A DNA stretch of 64,000 nucleotides, taken from positions 22,134,001 to 22,198,000 of the forward strand of contig OX597834.1 of assembly GCA_951406725.2 (NCBI GenBank). Direction: 5' to 3'. The DNA is from Octopus vulgaris (Eukaryota). Under the pieces are notes generated by a model. The model did no database searches, had not been told where the DNA came from, and was given only the letters and a program-made list of their open reading frames with translations. Below are positions 27,791-41,196 of the stretch, piece after piece (the stretch's first letter is position 1; each line of letters starts with the position of its first letter). The position numbers were made by a program, and so were the translations under genes.

Positions 27791-28559
27791 TAGATTAAGA
27801 GGCTGTGAGCTGGCAGAGTCCTTAGTCCCCTCAGACAATATGCTTGGTAGCATGTCTTCCTACTCTTTACATTCTGAGTTCAAATTCCCACCGAGGGCAA
27901 CTTTGCCTTTCATCCTTTCAGGGGTTGATAAAATAAAGTACCAGTCAAATACGGTGATGGTGGGGGTCAATGTATCCATCTTGGCCCTTCCCACCAACTT
28001 ACTGGATTTCTGCCTAAATTAGAAATTATATTACATTTAGATATTTCTTCCTTTCAATTAATGCTTCTTTTCTTTGTGTGTGTGTGTGTTTAATTTTTCC
28101 TTTGACAGTGAAAAATTATTTAAACCAAAAAAAATAATAATAATCTTACCTGTGTGAGTGTGTAATTTTTTTTTTTTTATGATATTTTCAATTTGGTTTG
28201 CATAACAGCAAATATCTAGTTGAAGTTTTACTCAGTCTTTACGCAAAAATTATTTTTAAAAAATGAAATATCTTACGTGTGAAAGTGTGAAACTCTCTCT
28301 ATATTTTTATTTTGGGCTTTGATAACAATGAGTGAGTGTCTAACAGTTTTACTCTGTCGACATAAGAACACCCGCAAGCACTGATGCTTATTTCAGTTGG
28401 AATCCTTATTACCAAAAATGATGTCGTTTGTTTGTGTGTCGAAATGACTGTCAGCTTTCTGTTTTAACCGTTCCTTCTGTCATTCCTCATGTCCTTATGA
28501 TTTCCCGTCCTTTCTTCCATTTCGTTCTATCATTGTTGCATGCTGTTTAATTTTTACAG

Positions 28560-28634
28560 ATCCGTAAACTACGGAGGGAGCTCGACTCTGCCCAAGACAA
28601 AGTCAGCACGCTGACCACCCAGCTGAGTACCAAT
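28560..28634 (+). CDS. NAV2: Neuron navigator coiled-coil exon IRKLRRELDSAQDKVSTLTTQLSTN
   Basis: TTTTTACAG acceptor and GTAGGA donor, 75 nt, phase 0/0. Closely resembles the navigator coiled coil IRKLRRELDASQEKVATLTSQLSAN. Confidence 0.93.
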
Positions 28635-29355
28635 GTAGGAAGCCATTTGTTATTATTATTATTGTTATTGTTGTTATTGTTATTGTTATAACATTTTTAG
28701 CATCGAATTCTTCTTCAATATTCATTCCAAAAAGCAAAATTTTCCTTTTTTCGTTCTCAACGTTTGTGGTTAACATTGCATAGCATGGAGTCGTTTGGGA
28801 TGCTATTTCAAGTCAGAGGTACTTCGTTAATTTACAGCCTCCCCCTCTACTGACAATAATAAATTCTTCATTAACTGTTGGACTCATCATCATAAGATTG
28901 TGGTTTCAACTCCTGGTCCAGGTTACGCATTGTATTATTAAGCAAAACACTTCATTCCATGTTTCTCAAGTCCACTCGGTTGACCAAAATGAGTATTCCC
29001 GCAGTCCACTGGCATCCCATCTAGCAGGGAAATAAATGTGCCACAGAAACTTGAAAATCGATCCCATGGGTCTATGTGACTCGGGATGGCTCCTTACCCT
29101 AAATGTATTAGTTTGTAGTATGCAGTGGTGAGGTGCACAACAGCTCATCAGAAAAGGGTGAAAGAGGGAGAATAAAGCAGTGATAAGTCAAATGAAGAAA
29201 GACAGCCAACGGTTGCAAAAAAAAAAAGTTTACAGGATTAAACGCAAGAATAGAGGGAATTGAAGAACAGAGCTGTGTCGTGAAAAGGGCGCACAGGTAT
29301 ATCAGGTGTTGTGTTGGTGATAAATAATTAAGAAATTTAATAACGCCAGGATGTG

Positions 29356-29590
29356 GAGGCGCATGGCTTAGTGGTTAGGGTGTCAGCATCATGATCTTAA
29401 GATTATGGTTTCGATTCCTGGACCGGGCGACGCATTGTGTTCTTGAGGAAAACACTTCATTTCACGTTGCTCCAGTCCACTCATCTGACAAAAATGAGTA
29501 ACGCTGCGATGGACTGGCATCCCATCCAGCTGAGGAACACATACACCATAGAAACCGGGCCCATGAGCCTGGCTAGGCTTTAAAAGGGCG
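29356..29590 (+). mobile_element. tRNA-derived SINE family D (V-domain-like)
   Basis: A box TGGCTTAGTGG, B box GGTTTCGATTCC, then CTGCGATGGACTGGCATCCCATCCAG. A decayed copy lies at about 28870-29090. Confidence 0.75.
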
Positions 29591-29989
29591 CATTTTGATT
29601 ATGGAACTCTGGCATAATAATTAGCTATTTCATTGCTTGTTCCATTAAATATATTAACACTAATTTACTTTGACTAATTACTAACTTAGAATTCAAACGA
29701 TTGAGAAATTCAAAAATTTATATTCCTCGTGTCGTAAAAGTTATTCCCCTTGAGTCATTTAGGTTCTGCAGAGTTATTTCCCCTTTATTCTAAATTTGGT
29801 CATCAGAACAAACGGAATAACGAACATTTGCTGATGGATTTCGAAAGTGACGAAGTAGAAGAGGGAGGCGAAGGGGGTGAAGTAGAACTTGGTGGATTTG
29901 TCAGCAGCGAAGAAATCTCTTGTCTGATCGTTTCGACCTATTAGATACAGCAGCCAAAATCTTCCTCGTATCACACTCTGGTACCTTTC

Positions 29990-30497
29990 TCCCTTAAGTA
30001 TTCAGATTATTTGGTCAAATCTAATTGTTTTGAATTAATCCTGCCTTATCTCAAAGCTGCGAGATTTTCACGATGTGATTGCTTATTTTTAGAAGGACAT
30101 TGTAGGGTAAGTGTGAGAGGACGGATCTGGTCAGTCTGAACGTAAAACAGCTGGAATATTTGAACCAGATTATGACCACTTTAAATGCTACAGGGCTAAA
30201 GGCGTTCCAGCTGTGACCATCCTGTCTTTTATTCAGACATAGTGTATCTAGGACTACATTATTTAATGTGTCTTTCCTTGTTGTTAGCCCCTGGTTAATC
30301 CTGATCCAGTGGTTCTATGATTAGCCCTTTAGCATTCAGATAACTCTATCAAAAGTAATGTTCGTTTATTTACACTGAATTAATCATGGATTATCTCGTA
30401 GCTTTGAGCGTTTGATGAAGATTGTTTATTTTTAGAATGACATTGTATGGTAGGTGAGAGAAGCCAGATTTGGCTGGTTTAAATGCTGAAGTGTTAA
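29990..30497. mobile_element. Two piggyBac-type MITE copies (CCCTTTAGCATT...AATGCT..GG TTAA ends)
   Basis: Similar ~200-bp units at about 29990-30198 and 30321-30497; an inverted copy lies at about 47210-47435. Confidence 0.55.
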
Positions 30498-30622
30498 AGA
30501 CACCTTCCCTCTTTCTGAGAAAGGGCCAATGGCACTGCCACTCCTCCCCTTCCTTCACAAAAAAATCTTACATAGAGAGTAGTTTTCTGATATTGTATCT
30601 TCTGTCTTGATAATTTCTTGGT

Positions 30623-31028
30623 TACTCTTTTACTCTTTTACTTGTTTCAGTCATTTGACTGCGGCCATGCTGGAGCACCGCCTTTTTTTAGTCGAGCAAA
30701 TCGACCCCGGGACTTATTCTTTGTAAGCCCAGTACTTATTCTATCAGTCTCTTTTTGCCGAACCGCTAAGTGACGGGGACATAAACACACCAGCATCAGT
30801 TGTCAAGCAATGCTAGGGGGACAAAAACAGACACACAAACACACACACACACATATATATACATATATACGACAGGCTTCTTTCAGTTTCCGTCTACCAA
30901 ATCCACTCACAAGGCATTGGTCGGCCCGGGGCTATAGCAGAAGACACTTGCCCAAGATGCCACGCAGTGGGACTGAACCCGGAACCATGTGGTTGGTTAG
31001 CAAGCTACTTACCACACAGCCACTCCTG
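30623..31028 (-). mobile_element. SINE family A, full length
   Basis: Reverse complement of the consensus. Confidence 0.9.
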
Positions 31029-31585
31029 TTCTTTTTTTTTTTTTTAATGGTTAAAAATGTTTAAATCGTATAGAAGCCCCCACACTGCCAAAGAATTGTA
31101 CTCTTGGAAATACTTGCCAGAGTTCCATCATCAAAATCCTATTTTCCTGTTGACTCTCCCTTTTACATCGAAGTCAGAAAATGGAGGGCAATGAGAGATT
31201 TATTTTATGTTACAGAACTCGGCATTACCACAAGACATTCAGAAGCACAGTGCCTCCATAGTGCATTTAGGTTGCCTGATTTAATTAGTTCTTTGATTAG
31301 TAAAAGAATGCTTACCATCGTCCCCTCTCTCCACAAAGACACAAACGCACACATATACATGGGCCAACAATTGTCTTCATATTGTTGTACCAATAACAAG
31401 CAACAAACTAACAAAATTGTTACCACGGCATTTCTTCTGACTTTACTTTCCGAGGTCCAAATTCCACCGGGGTTGACCTTGTCTTCCATTCTTTTGATAT
31501 GAAAGACAATAAGTACCACACCACTGGTCAATGGAATTGATTTACCCCTCCCCTGAAATTACTAGCCTTGTACCAAAATTTCAAA

Positions 31586-31635
<50 letters not shown>

Positions 31636-31826
31636 GTACCTCTGTCTTTTAAATATCCTGACAATGCAGTTCTAATCACTGACTCTTGAGAATGATTTGG
31701 AAATTTAAGTTATTTTCCTTCTCTTTTTTTAAAAAAAAAATCTCTCTTTCAGAACTTTCTAAACCATCTCTCTTTCTCTACATACATACATTCATATGTA
31801 TGTATATGAGTGTGTGTATGTATATA

Positions 31827-31872
<46 letters not shown>

Positions 31873-32447
31873 TATATTTATGTATATATATATATATATA
31901 TACACAAACTGCATGTAAAAAAGTAGACCTTAGCGTCATTGAAAGAGAGGATTAAATATGTATTTATTCAATATAAAATAGAAGCATGGAATACTCGCAT
32001 CAAGTACTCAGAGTTTCCCCTGCAACAATGGATCTGATTCCTTACAATTTCCAGCCATATATGACTACTGATAAAACCAGATAAAATCGTATCTACTACT
32101 GCCAGGGAATTCCAGCCACTGGATATGAATGTTCCATGCTTGTATTTTGTATTATATATATTAAATATACTTGTTAAATATATGCATACTTTAACAGCGT
32201 TAATAACAATACTAACAGCTAATTCTATCTTCATTAAGAACTACCTTTATTATAGTTAGCAATATTTCCTTGTTCTTGTTCTTGTGATTTACCCTTGCTT
32301 GTTATTTTTCTGAAATGGTTCATTGTTTATTGTATATGAAAGAAAAAAAAAGAAAACAGGAAAAATGTTTTGTTTTATTTCAGGTTCTCACAAAATGTTT
32401 ACAGCATGCTTAGATTTATTTTATAAATAACTGTATGTATGTCTATT

Positions 32448-32486
<39 letters not shown>

Positions 32487-32488
<2 letters not shown>

Positions 32489-32862
32489 TTGTGTATAGAA
32501 AAATATATTAATTAATGAAATTCCAACTTAGTCTGATTTTCACGTTTCAATATTTACAATTTTACATTATTGAAATAAACTAGTACTTTCATGCATGGTG
32601 CAATCGTCAGGTTTATGTGGTGACAGTCGTGTTCCACAAGATAAAACTCTGAGTTTCGGATGCCGAGGTGGAAATCCACAACACCATCTGATGGCCAGAT
32701 AACCGAAGAGATGGTGTTGTGGATTTCCACATTGGCATCCAAAACTCAGAGTTTTATCTTGGCTATTGAATAAGTGTCATATATTATTCTACAGATAAAT
32801 TTCCTCTATTTACATAATATTGAGGTCTCTTTCTTTCTTTTGTTATCTTACCGTTTTTACCA

Positions 32863-32863
<1 letters not shown>
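32487..32863. mobile_element. Composite Penelope/retrozyme-like insertion flanked by (TA)n
   Basis: Contains the hammerhead at 32575-32616 (-) and a foldback (32637-32689 / 32709-32761) with a second hammerhead-like motif. Confidence 0.65.
32575..32616 (-). ncRNA. Minimal type-I hammerhead ribozyme motif
   Basis: The - strand reads AUAAAC CUGACGA U-UGCA-CCA-UGCA-U GAAA GUAC UA GUUUAU. It has a 6-bp stem I, intact CUGANGA and GAAA boxes, a palindromic stem III (AGUACU) and a UA cleavage site. Confidence 0.75.
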
Positions 32864-32904
<41 letters not shown>

Positions 32905-33090
32905 TATAATAGAAATCTTTTTTTGTTGGGGTGGTGTTTGATTTTCAGTGAGGTGTACTGTGTGTGTGTTAATTTTTATATGTCATAAGTACATGTGTAT
33001 TGTCATGTTGTCTCTTATCTTTAAGATATTTTTAAGATAGGCTTATAATTATGTATTCATGTATATATCATAAGTTTTGAATATTTGTAT

Positions 33091-33121
<31 letters not shown>

Positions 33122-33124
<3 letters not shown>

Positions 33125-33422
33125 TCATCATCATCGTTCAATGACCGCTTTCCATGCTAGCATGGGTTGGACGATTTTGACTGAGGGCTGGCGAACCAGA
33201 TGGCTGCACCAGGCTCCAGTCTTGATCAGGCAGAGTTTCTACAGCTGGATGCCCTTCCTAATGCCAACCACTCCGAGAGTGTAGTGGGTGCTTTTTACGT
33301 GCCTCAGGCACGGGGGCAGTCAGGCAGTACTGGCAACGACCTCGCTCAAATCTTTCTACACATGCCACCAGCACAGGTGCCAGTAAGGCGACGTTGGTAA
33401 CAATCACGCTCGAATGGTGCCT
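33122..33422 (-). mobile_element. SINE family C
   Basis: (CAT)n followed by the reverse complement of family C. Confidence 0.8.
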
Positions 33423-33569
33423 TTTTTTGTGAAATACTGTTGTTCTGAATTTGATGCAGAAAGTGTTAGTGAGTGGGGTTGTGGGAACCCCGGAAAATTT
33501 TGGGAACCACTGTTTTAAATTTGAACCCCAAATTTGCATCATCATTATTATTATTATTATTATTGAAAG

Positions 33570-34233
33570 ACGTAAGCTGGTTAGCTTACCAGGCAAAATA
33601 TTTTGTGGCATTTTGGCCATCTTTATGTTCTGCATTCAAAGTCCGCTGGGGTTGACTTCATATTTCATCCTATCAGGGTCAATGTAATTGGCCCCACTCC
33701 TTCCTCGAACTTGCAGGCCTTGTGCCAAAATTTGAAATCATTATTATTGTTGTTATTGTTTGCGCTGTTATTATTATTATTATCATTATTATTATTATTC
33801 TGTTATTTTTTTTCTTAAGAATGAATATATTTTTCTAAAACAGAAAAAAAATGAGGTTTTTTTTTTTTTTACTTCACAACGTTTAATCTATTATTTATTC
33901 TATGACATCTGGGATTTATAGAGATTTATATGGAATTATGGAATTATATAAATATTGATATTGTTGTCCGAGTTGCCTTGTATATAGAAATGATTATTAT
34001 TATTATTATTATTATCATTATTATTATTATTATTATTATGGAAAACTGGTAGAATTGACAGTATGCCAGAAAAAAATGCTTAGTGCCATTTCATCCATCT
34101 TCACGTTCTGAGTTCAAATTCTGCTGGGATGAACTTTGCTTTTCATCCCTCCAGGGTCAATAAAATAAGTACCAGTCAAACACTGGGGTCAATGTAATCG
34201 ACTTGTGCCAAAATTATTATTATTAATATTATT

Positions 34234-34268
<35 letters not shown>

Positions 34269-34826
34269 TAATAAAAATAAGGTGGCAAGCTGGCAGAATC
34301 GTTAGCACATCAGGGGAAATGCTTAGCGGTATTTTGTCTGCCACTATGTTCTGAGGTCAACTTTGCCTTTCATCTGTTCAGGATTAAGAAAATAAGTACC
34401 AGTTGTGCACTGGGGTCAAATGTAATCAACTAGCCCCCACCCTGTCACCCCAAATTTTAAGCCTTGTGCCTATAGTAGAAAGGATTATTATTATTGTTAT
34501 TATTGCTGCGTAATCGGCTTACCCCCGCTCCTCATACTTGCTAGCCTTGTTTGAAAATTTGGAATCATTTTTATTATTTTAAGATTATGTATCGTGCCGG
34601 TGGCACATAAAAAGCACCATCTGATCGTGGCCGTTTGCCAGCCTTGTTTGGCACGTAAAAAGCAGCCACTACACTCTCGGAATGGTTGGCGTTAGGATGG
34701 GCAACCAGCCGTAGAAACATTGCCAGATCAAACTGGGCCTGGTGCAGCCTTCTGGCTTCCCAGACCCCAGTTGCACCATCCAACCCATGCCAGCATGGAA
34801 AGCGGATGCTAAACGATGATGATGAT
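33570..34826 (+). mobile_element. Cluster of SINE B copies followed by a SINE C copy (34594-34826)
   Basis: Family motifs as above. Confidence 0.7.
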
Positions 34827-37092
34827 GTGTGTGTGTGTGTGTTTGTGTATCTGACTTGGAAACTAGTGAGTGTTGGCAACAATAAGGGCATCCGGCTGTA
34901 GAAAATCTGCCTCAGTGAATTCTATCGGACCCATGCAAGCATGGCAAAGTGGACATTAAATCATTAATTGGTGGTGGTCACAGTAAATCCTTGTCCCCAC
35001 CACCTTCAAATAATAATAATAATTAATTCTTTTATTGGCCACAAGGGCTAACAAAAATCAATTATTACATAAAAGGGACAAAACAGGACGAAAGGTTACA
35101 AAGGGTTTTGTCCATTTGTAAAAACACCATGTAAAAACAGTGTACCAATCAAAAATTATAACAACGCAAAACTCCCAAAAAGGGGAGGCGTTGCGAAAGG
35201 TTCCTGGTGGAAAAAAACCCATAAAAGCCAACGATAATGATAATGGTTTCAAATTTTGCCACAAGGGAAGCAATTTTGGTGGGAGGGGATGAGTCGATTA
35301 CATCAACCCCAGTATTCAACTGGTACTTAATTTATCAACCCTGAAAGGATGAAAGGTGAAGTCGACCTCAGCAGAATTTTAACCTGTGAATGTAGCAACA
35401 AGTGAAATACCACTAAGCTTTTCGTCTGGCACGCGAACAATTCTGCCAGTTTTACTGCCTTATATAATAATAATAATAGTAATAATAATAATAATAGTAA
35501 ATAATGTATTTATATTGGTAGCTTTAGCGGATTTGGATGCTAATGCTTTTCGTTCAGAAATCAGAATGAAAAATTTAGTCTGACTTGAAATCTGACTTTA
35601 GGACAATTTAGATATTCCATCAGGAAATAAGACAAAGAAAATGATCAGAGATCAGCGAGAACGGAAACATTTGTGTAAATATTGTAAGTGTGTGTGTGTG
35701 TATGGGTGTGTGTGGAGACAAAAGATGGTATTAATAGTCTGGGAAAGTTTGAATCATTGTGATAACTCATCTCAAAAGTTACGACATTTAATCAATAAAG
35801 ACAGTCGCTGACGATGATACTGGCTTAGAGTTTTGTGTCATCATCGTCGTCGTTGTTGTTGTTGTTAAGGCGGTCAACTGGCAGAATTGTTAGCACATCA
35901 GGCAAAATACTCTGCAGCCTGCTTTATGTTCTGAGTTCAAATACCACCAAAGTCCACACACACAAACACACACACACACACGTGTGAATGGCTTCTTTTC
36001 TGTTTCCATCTACCAGATCGACTCGTAAGGCCTTTGGTCGGCCCGGGGCTGTAGTAGAAGACAGTTGTTGCCCAAGGTGCCAGACAGTGGGATTGAACCC
36101 AGAAACCATGTGGTCAGTGAGCTAACTGCTTACAATGCAGCCATATCTGCGCTTGTGTGTGTGTGTGTGTTTATGTCTGTCTGTATGTGTATGTATACGC
36201 TCACACATGCACAGACATACATCCACTCACACACTCACAGACATACATGCATACACACACAGACACACATGCGTGCACACACACACACACACAGGCAGAA
36301 AGGGAGATAAAACAAAATTATTCTCATGTTTCCTAATTCTGTCTACTTTTGGTGTGGTGTGGCATGGTTGGGGTGGGTTGTGCTTTTTCGCTTAGTTTAT
36401 GGAGACAAAGAAATTATTTCACTATCTATAAATACACTGATAAAGTACATTGGCTACAAGAATTTTCTTTCGAAAATGTTAAATCAATTTGTTTTGTCTG
36501 AGCAAATAAACTTCCTTTTATTTGGTTTGTTTTTTTTTTTTCCTTTTTCGTATTTTCTTTTTTTTTTTTGTGTGTGTTTAACATAATAAATAGCAAAAAA
36601 AGATGGATGTTTTTTTTGGTTTGTTTTTCCCAACCAGAGATGCAAAAATGACAATTTGATTCATTCAGTGTAATCTGTTGTTGATATTGCTGTTGTTGCT
36701 TAATGTTCCAGTTTCCAGTTCTGATTCAGCAGATTAGTGGTCGTGGTCAGAGCCTTTCCGGCTATGACCATCTCTCCTTATTTCAGTTTGGTCTGTCTGT
36801 AAGTGTCTTCACATCACTGCTGCCCTGGCATTGGGTGACATTAGTTCAGGTCCTTCATGGACAATGTGTCCCACACCTCAACATTTCCAGGTGAAGATCA
36901 GTTTAATCAAATACCTTAACCCTTTTCTTACTGTATTTATTCTTACTGTATTGAAATACTCAGCCTTTGTTTCTATTAATTTTGGAAATAACGAAGAATT
37001 TAGTAAAACATCATTTTTTCTTATTAAGCTTGTGTTTGTAAGATAAATGAATGTGACATTTTGATAGAAGATTTTAATTTAGATCACTTTAA

Positions 37093-37314
37093 CCCTTTTG
37101 TTACCATATTTCTGTTGAGGTGCTCTGTGTTTTTTTTCAATTAATTCTAAATATGACAAAGAATTTAGTAAAATAACTTAGTTATCATCAAGCTAGTGTT
37201 AGCAACATAAATTGTGACTAAGGTTTGGTGGAAGATTTTAATTCAAAACTAATGAAAACAAGACATTTGTACTCAGAGCCAGGGCCAGTTTCAGCCGGGC
37301 TGGTAACGAAAGGG
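37093..37314. mobile_element. piggyBac-type MITE
   Basis: TTAA|CCCTTTTGTTACC...GGTAACGAAAGGG|TTAA. Related copies start at about 36916 and 63871. Confidence 0.8.
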
Positions 37315-39687
37315 TTAAAACTGTGGTTCCCAAAATTTTCCAGGGGTTCCTGCAACCCCACTCACTAACACTTTCTGCATCAAATTCAGAACAACAGTAT
37401 TTCTCAATTAAATTTTAACCTAATTAACCCATTATTTTGCTGTTTATACAACTATTGCCCCTTCACCCCGCCCACCTACTTTTTTTGGCCACCTCGTTAT
37501 CACATCACTTTTCTTCAATGCCCCCACTGGATCTTTCCACTGCCCCCAGGGGTCCAGGACAGAACAGGTTTCTTGTTGTAGAGGGAAAAATATATGCTTC
37601 CTTTGTAGGGAGTTAGGATGAGAGTAACAGGGGTGGAGCTGGTGAAAGAGATAAAATAATGGTGATGAGGTGCGAGGGTGGACCCTAAGGCACAAAGGGG
37701 GTAGAAGTGAGTAGGGAGCAAGTGTATGGGTGAAGATGAGGGATGATATGAGATGGGGAATAAGTGAAGGGGTGAATATAATAAATGAAGTGCATATGTT
37801 AAGGGATTAAGGGTTGATAACGCTGAATGGAAAACATTATTAGTATCAGCATTAATATTACTAAATCTGTCACTCACTAGTCTTACCAAATATACTTCAT
37901 AAAACAAAAAACAAAAAAAAAAGCAAGAATTAAGAATTAATTAGTAGTTCATTTCTAACTTCGTTACATACTTCTAGATAAGCTTTACAAGATATCTGAA
38001 TTCTATCATGTCTCCAATCTAAATTCTGAGAGTGTTTCAAAGATATCTTGTTCTGTTTTTAGGCCAAGAAAGCAGATATATTTCGAGGTTTTTGCTCCAA
38101 GAATCAGTATAGATTACCAGCCAGCCAACCAGTTAGTTTAGTATCTGTGGGATGTCTAGATGTCATAGTTTTTCTGTGCCAGCTCTAAATCTGTCACTTC
38201 CAGAAATAAATCTATAAATACACCTTTCTTGTTTTTTTAATCAACTGCAACTTGATTAAATATCTTTCTGCAATCTTCAATTTGTAAATATATCACATCA
38301 GTTTCCATTTTTTTTTGTTGTTTTTATCATTGAATCTTGAAGTTTTGTTAACCCATCTTAATATTTGGTTAACAAAAGAAAAAAGCAACTCTTTGGACAA
38401 ATCAAAAGTTGTCCATGGGATATGAACTCACAGCAATCCAATGAAATTCTCTCTCCATTTTAGAAACTTTTTTTCAATCTTAAAAGATTTTTAACTGAGT
38501 ATTAACATGCTATTTATATAGCCTTATCTACTTCAAGCTCCACTGTTAAAAACGAATAATCTCACGTCTCTTGACATGAACTAATTTGTCTTTAACAGTC
38601 AACACAACATCAATAACTTTTTCTGTTTTATTTTTTTTTATTTTCTTAAATACTGAATAAGCAATAATGTTTGAGTTTGATTCATTGGTGGTGGTCGTTT
38701 TTTTGGGAGAGAGGGGGTTATGAATTAGGTTCAAACTAGAATTTGCTTAGAGAAAAAGAGGGTTACTTTCGCTAACTGACCCCAGAGTTGAGAGCAGGTG
38801 GGAGGGAGGAGGGATGGTTAAAAGTGGGTCTTGGCCACTTTTATATTTTTGTACTCTGCCGCTTCTTATCACCATCCTTCCAATCTTAACCTCTTGAATT
38901 ATCTCACAGCCCCCCCCCCCCCTCTATCTCTGCTTTTTCTCTCTTCCTCTCTTTCTCTCTTCCTCTCTCTCTCTCTTCCTCTCTCTCTCTCTATGCTTCA
39001 ATGAAAATGTCTTTGCTCTGTGAATACTTGTAGAACATAGATAAATCCACCTCAAAAGTTATCTTCATAATATGTACGGCACCTTGTATTGCTCACCCTT
39101 CCTTGTTTAACTTCCTTATCTTTTCTGTACCCCCCCTCTCTCTCTCCCTATATATCTCTATCCATTTCTTTCTCTCTATATATATATACCTACTCTCATC
39201 AGAGATAAATTCTTCAAATCCTTAATTACATTCTATCATTACTTTGGTTTTTTTGTCATTTCTTTGGAGTTTGCTCTGTGAAGAAACATCGCAGAATTTC
39301 TCGGTTGTTCCTGCTACAATTTCTATGACAAATGATAATATATACCCATATACATAAAATATATACATGCATACATGTGCATATACATATAATATAATAT
39401 ATACATATATAAATATATATATATACATATCAGTTGTATTTGGCTATTCTTTGTTGCTCCAGAAGATCTTCCTTGGAACTAAAAAGGTTTCTGTCCCTTC
39501 TTGCGCAGACAGATTTGTGGATACCTCTCTCTCTGTATATATATATATATGATGTACAGGGGAAAATTGTCTACTACATAAAGTGCTCCCAAATTATTAC
39601 AATTGAACCTGATCCATTCTCTCCATCTTTTTGTGTCCCCCCCTCCTGCCTTCGTCCCCCTCCCCGTTTTTTTCCCTGATGCTCCTT

Positions 39688-39701
39688 GTTACCATAGCAA
39701 C
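39688..39701. promoter_or_regulatory. RFX X-box consensus site
   Basis: GTTACCATAGCAAC matches GTTNCCATRGNAAC and lies in non-repetitive intron sequence. Confidence 0.4.
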
Positions 39702-41196
39702 AGAACAGTTATAAAGTCACTTGTAGCATATTGCATGTTTGACATGAAAAACGTATAAACTAAACAAAGATTCAAGATTCAGCAGTTTTCAAACATCTCT
39801 TCAATTTTTGCGCTAGTATTTAAAAAAATTTTTTTTTTTACATATTTTCCCCTTCCCTAATGGAAACAAACAAAAACTGATAAATTAATAATACTAACAA
39901 CAACAACAACAACTTCCTGGGAAAGGAAATTCCCAGTTTACATCCAAAATGGACACGATGGATTTTCAAACCTGTTATGAATACGGAACAGTTTGGAATT
40001 CACAATATCATAAGGCAAGTTTATTTTTAAAGAACTTTTGGAGATTTTTGGAATTTGTTTGGGTTCTGTTTCTTTATATGTATTTCAACACATTCTCTGT
40101 TTTCATTATTCATGAGAAAATCTTATTAATTTGGCATAATTATCCAATTTAGAGAATATTTAAAATATTTTAATAGATTAAAAGGAAATAATTATTAAAC
40201 TTTGCTATGTAAATCCCAAAACGAAATCTTTATTTAAATTGAATTAAACTGTCAATTAATTTAACAAGATATTTTAACTTAGATCAAATCAATGTTTACT
40301 TAAGAAATATTATATATAGCGATTAATCTAATGAAATATTAACTTTAATCAGCAGTGTCAACTTAATTAAATATCGTAACAGTGATAGAAAGTATAGTTT
40401 GTGAAATATATTGATAACTTCTCAGTTTGGTTTTACGAAATTAATTTAAGCAGTTACAAGTATGGTTATAGATTAAGAAGCTTGTTTTCCAACCTTATGG
40501 TTTCAGGTTCAGTCCCACTGTTTGGCACATTGGGCAAGTGTCTTTTTCTGTTGCCCTGGTCTGACCAAAGCCTTGTGAGTAAATTTGGTAGAGGGAAACT
40601 GAAAGAAGCCCATCGTATATTTTTGTGCGTGACTTTTGTCAAGACATTACATGTTGGTTGTAAACTAGAATTATTGTCCTACAAGCTTGCTTCCCATCCA
40701 TGCGCAGTGCTTTGGATAAGAGGTTCGTACTATAGCCCCAGGTCAATCAAAGCCTCGAAAGTGGATTTTGTAGATAGAAAATGAAAGATGTCTATCATGT
40801 GTGGGTGGTGTGGGCATGGTCAGATGGTTAGGAATTTCTTTTTGCATTCCTGAGGTCTTGGGTTCAGTCCCATTGATAGATAATTTAGGCAAGCATCTTC
40901 TATTGTATCCACACCCCCTTGTAAGCAAAACCGGTTAATGGAAACTGTTTTGAAGCCCTTTACATTTATTACCTGTGTGCCCCATTTGTCAGAGAGACCA
41001 CCCTTGTCATTTAGACTGTATCACATTGATTCTGTATGGGTATTGCATCTGTGGTAGATTCAGCCATTTATCTTGGGTAATTTTGTAGATTGAACAACTG
41101 AAAAATTGACAGCAATCCTACTAAACACACCACACATATTTAGGAATAAAAGTATTTTGGGTAGTGTACAGAACTCTGGAGCCTTGGCTTTAGTAT

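Noticed and set aside
29356-29430. Functional tRNA gene
   Set aside because: A and B boxes are present, but the sequence continues into a SINE body and does not form a full cloverleaf.
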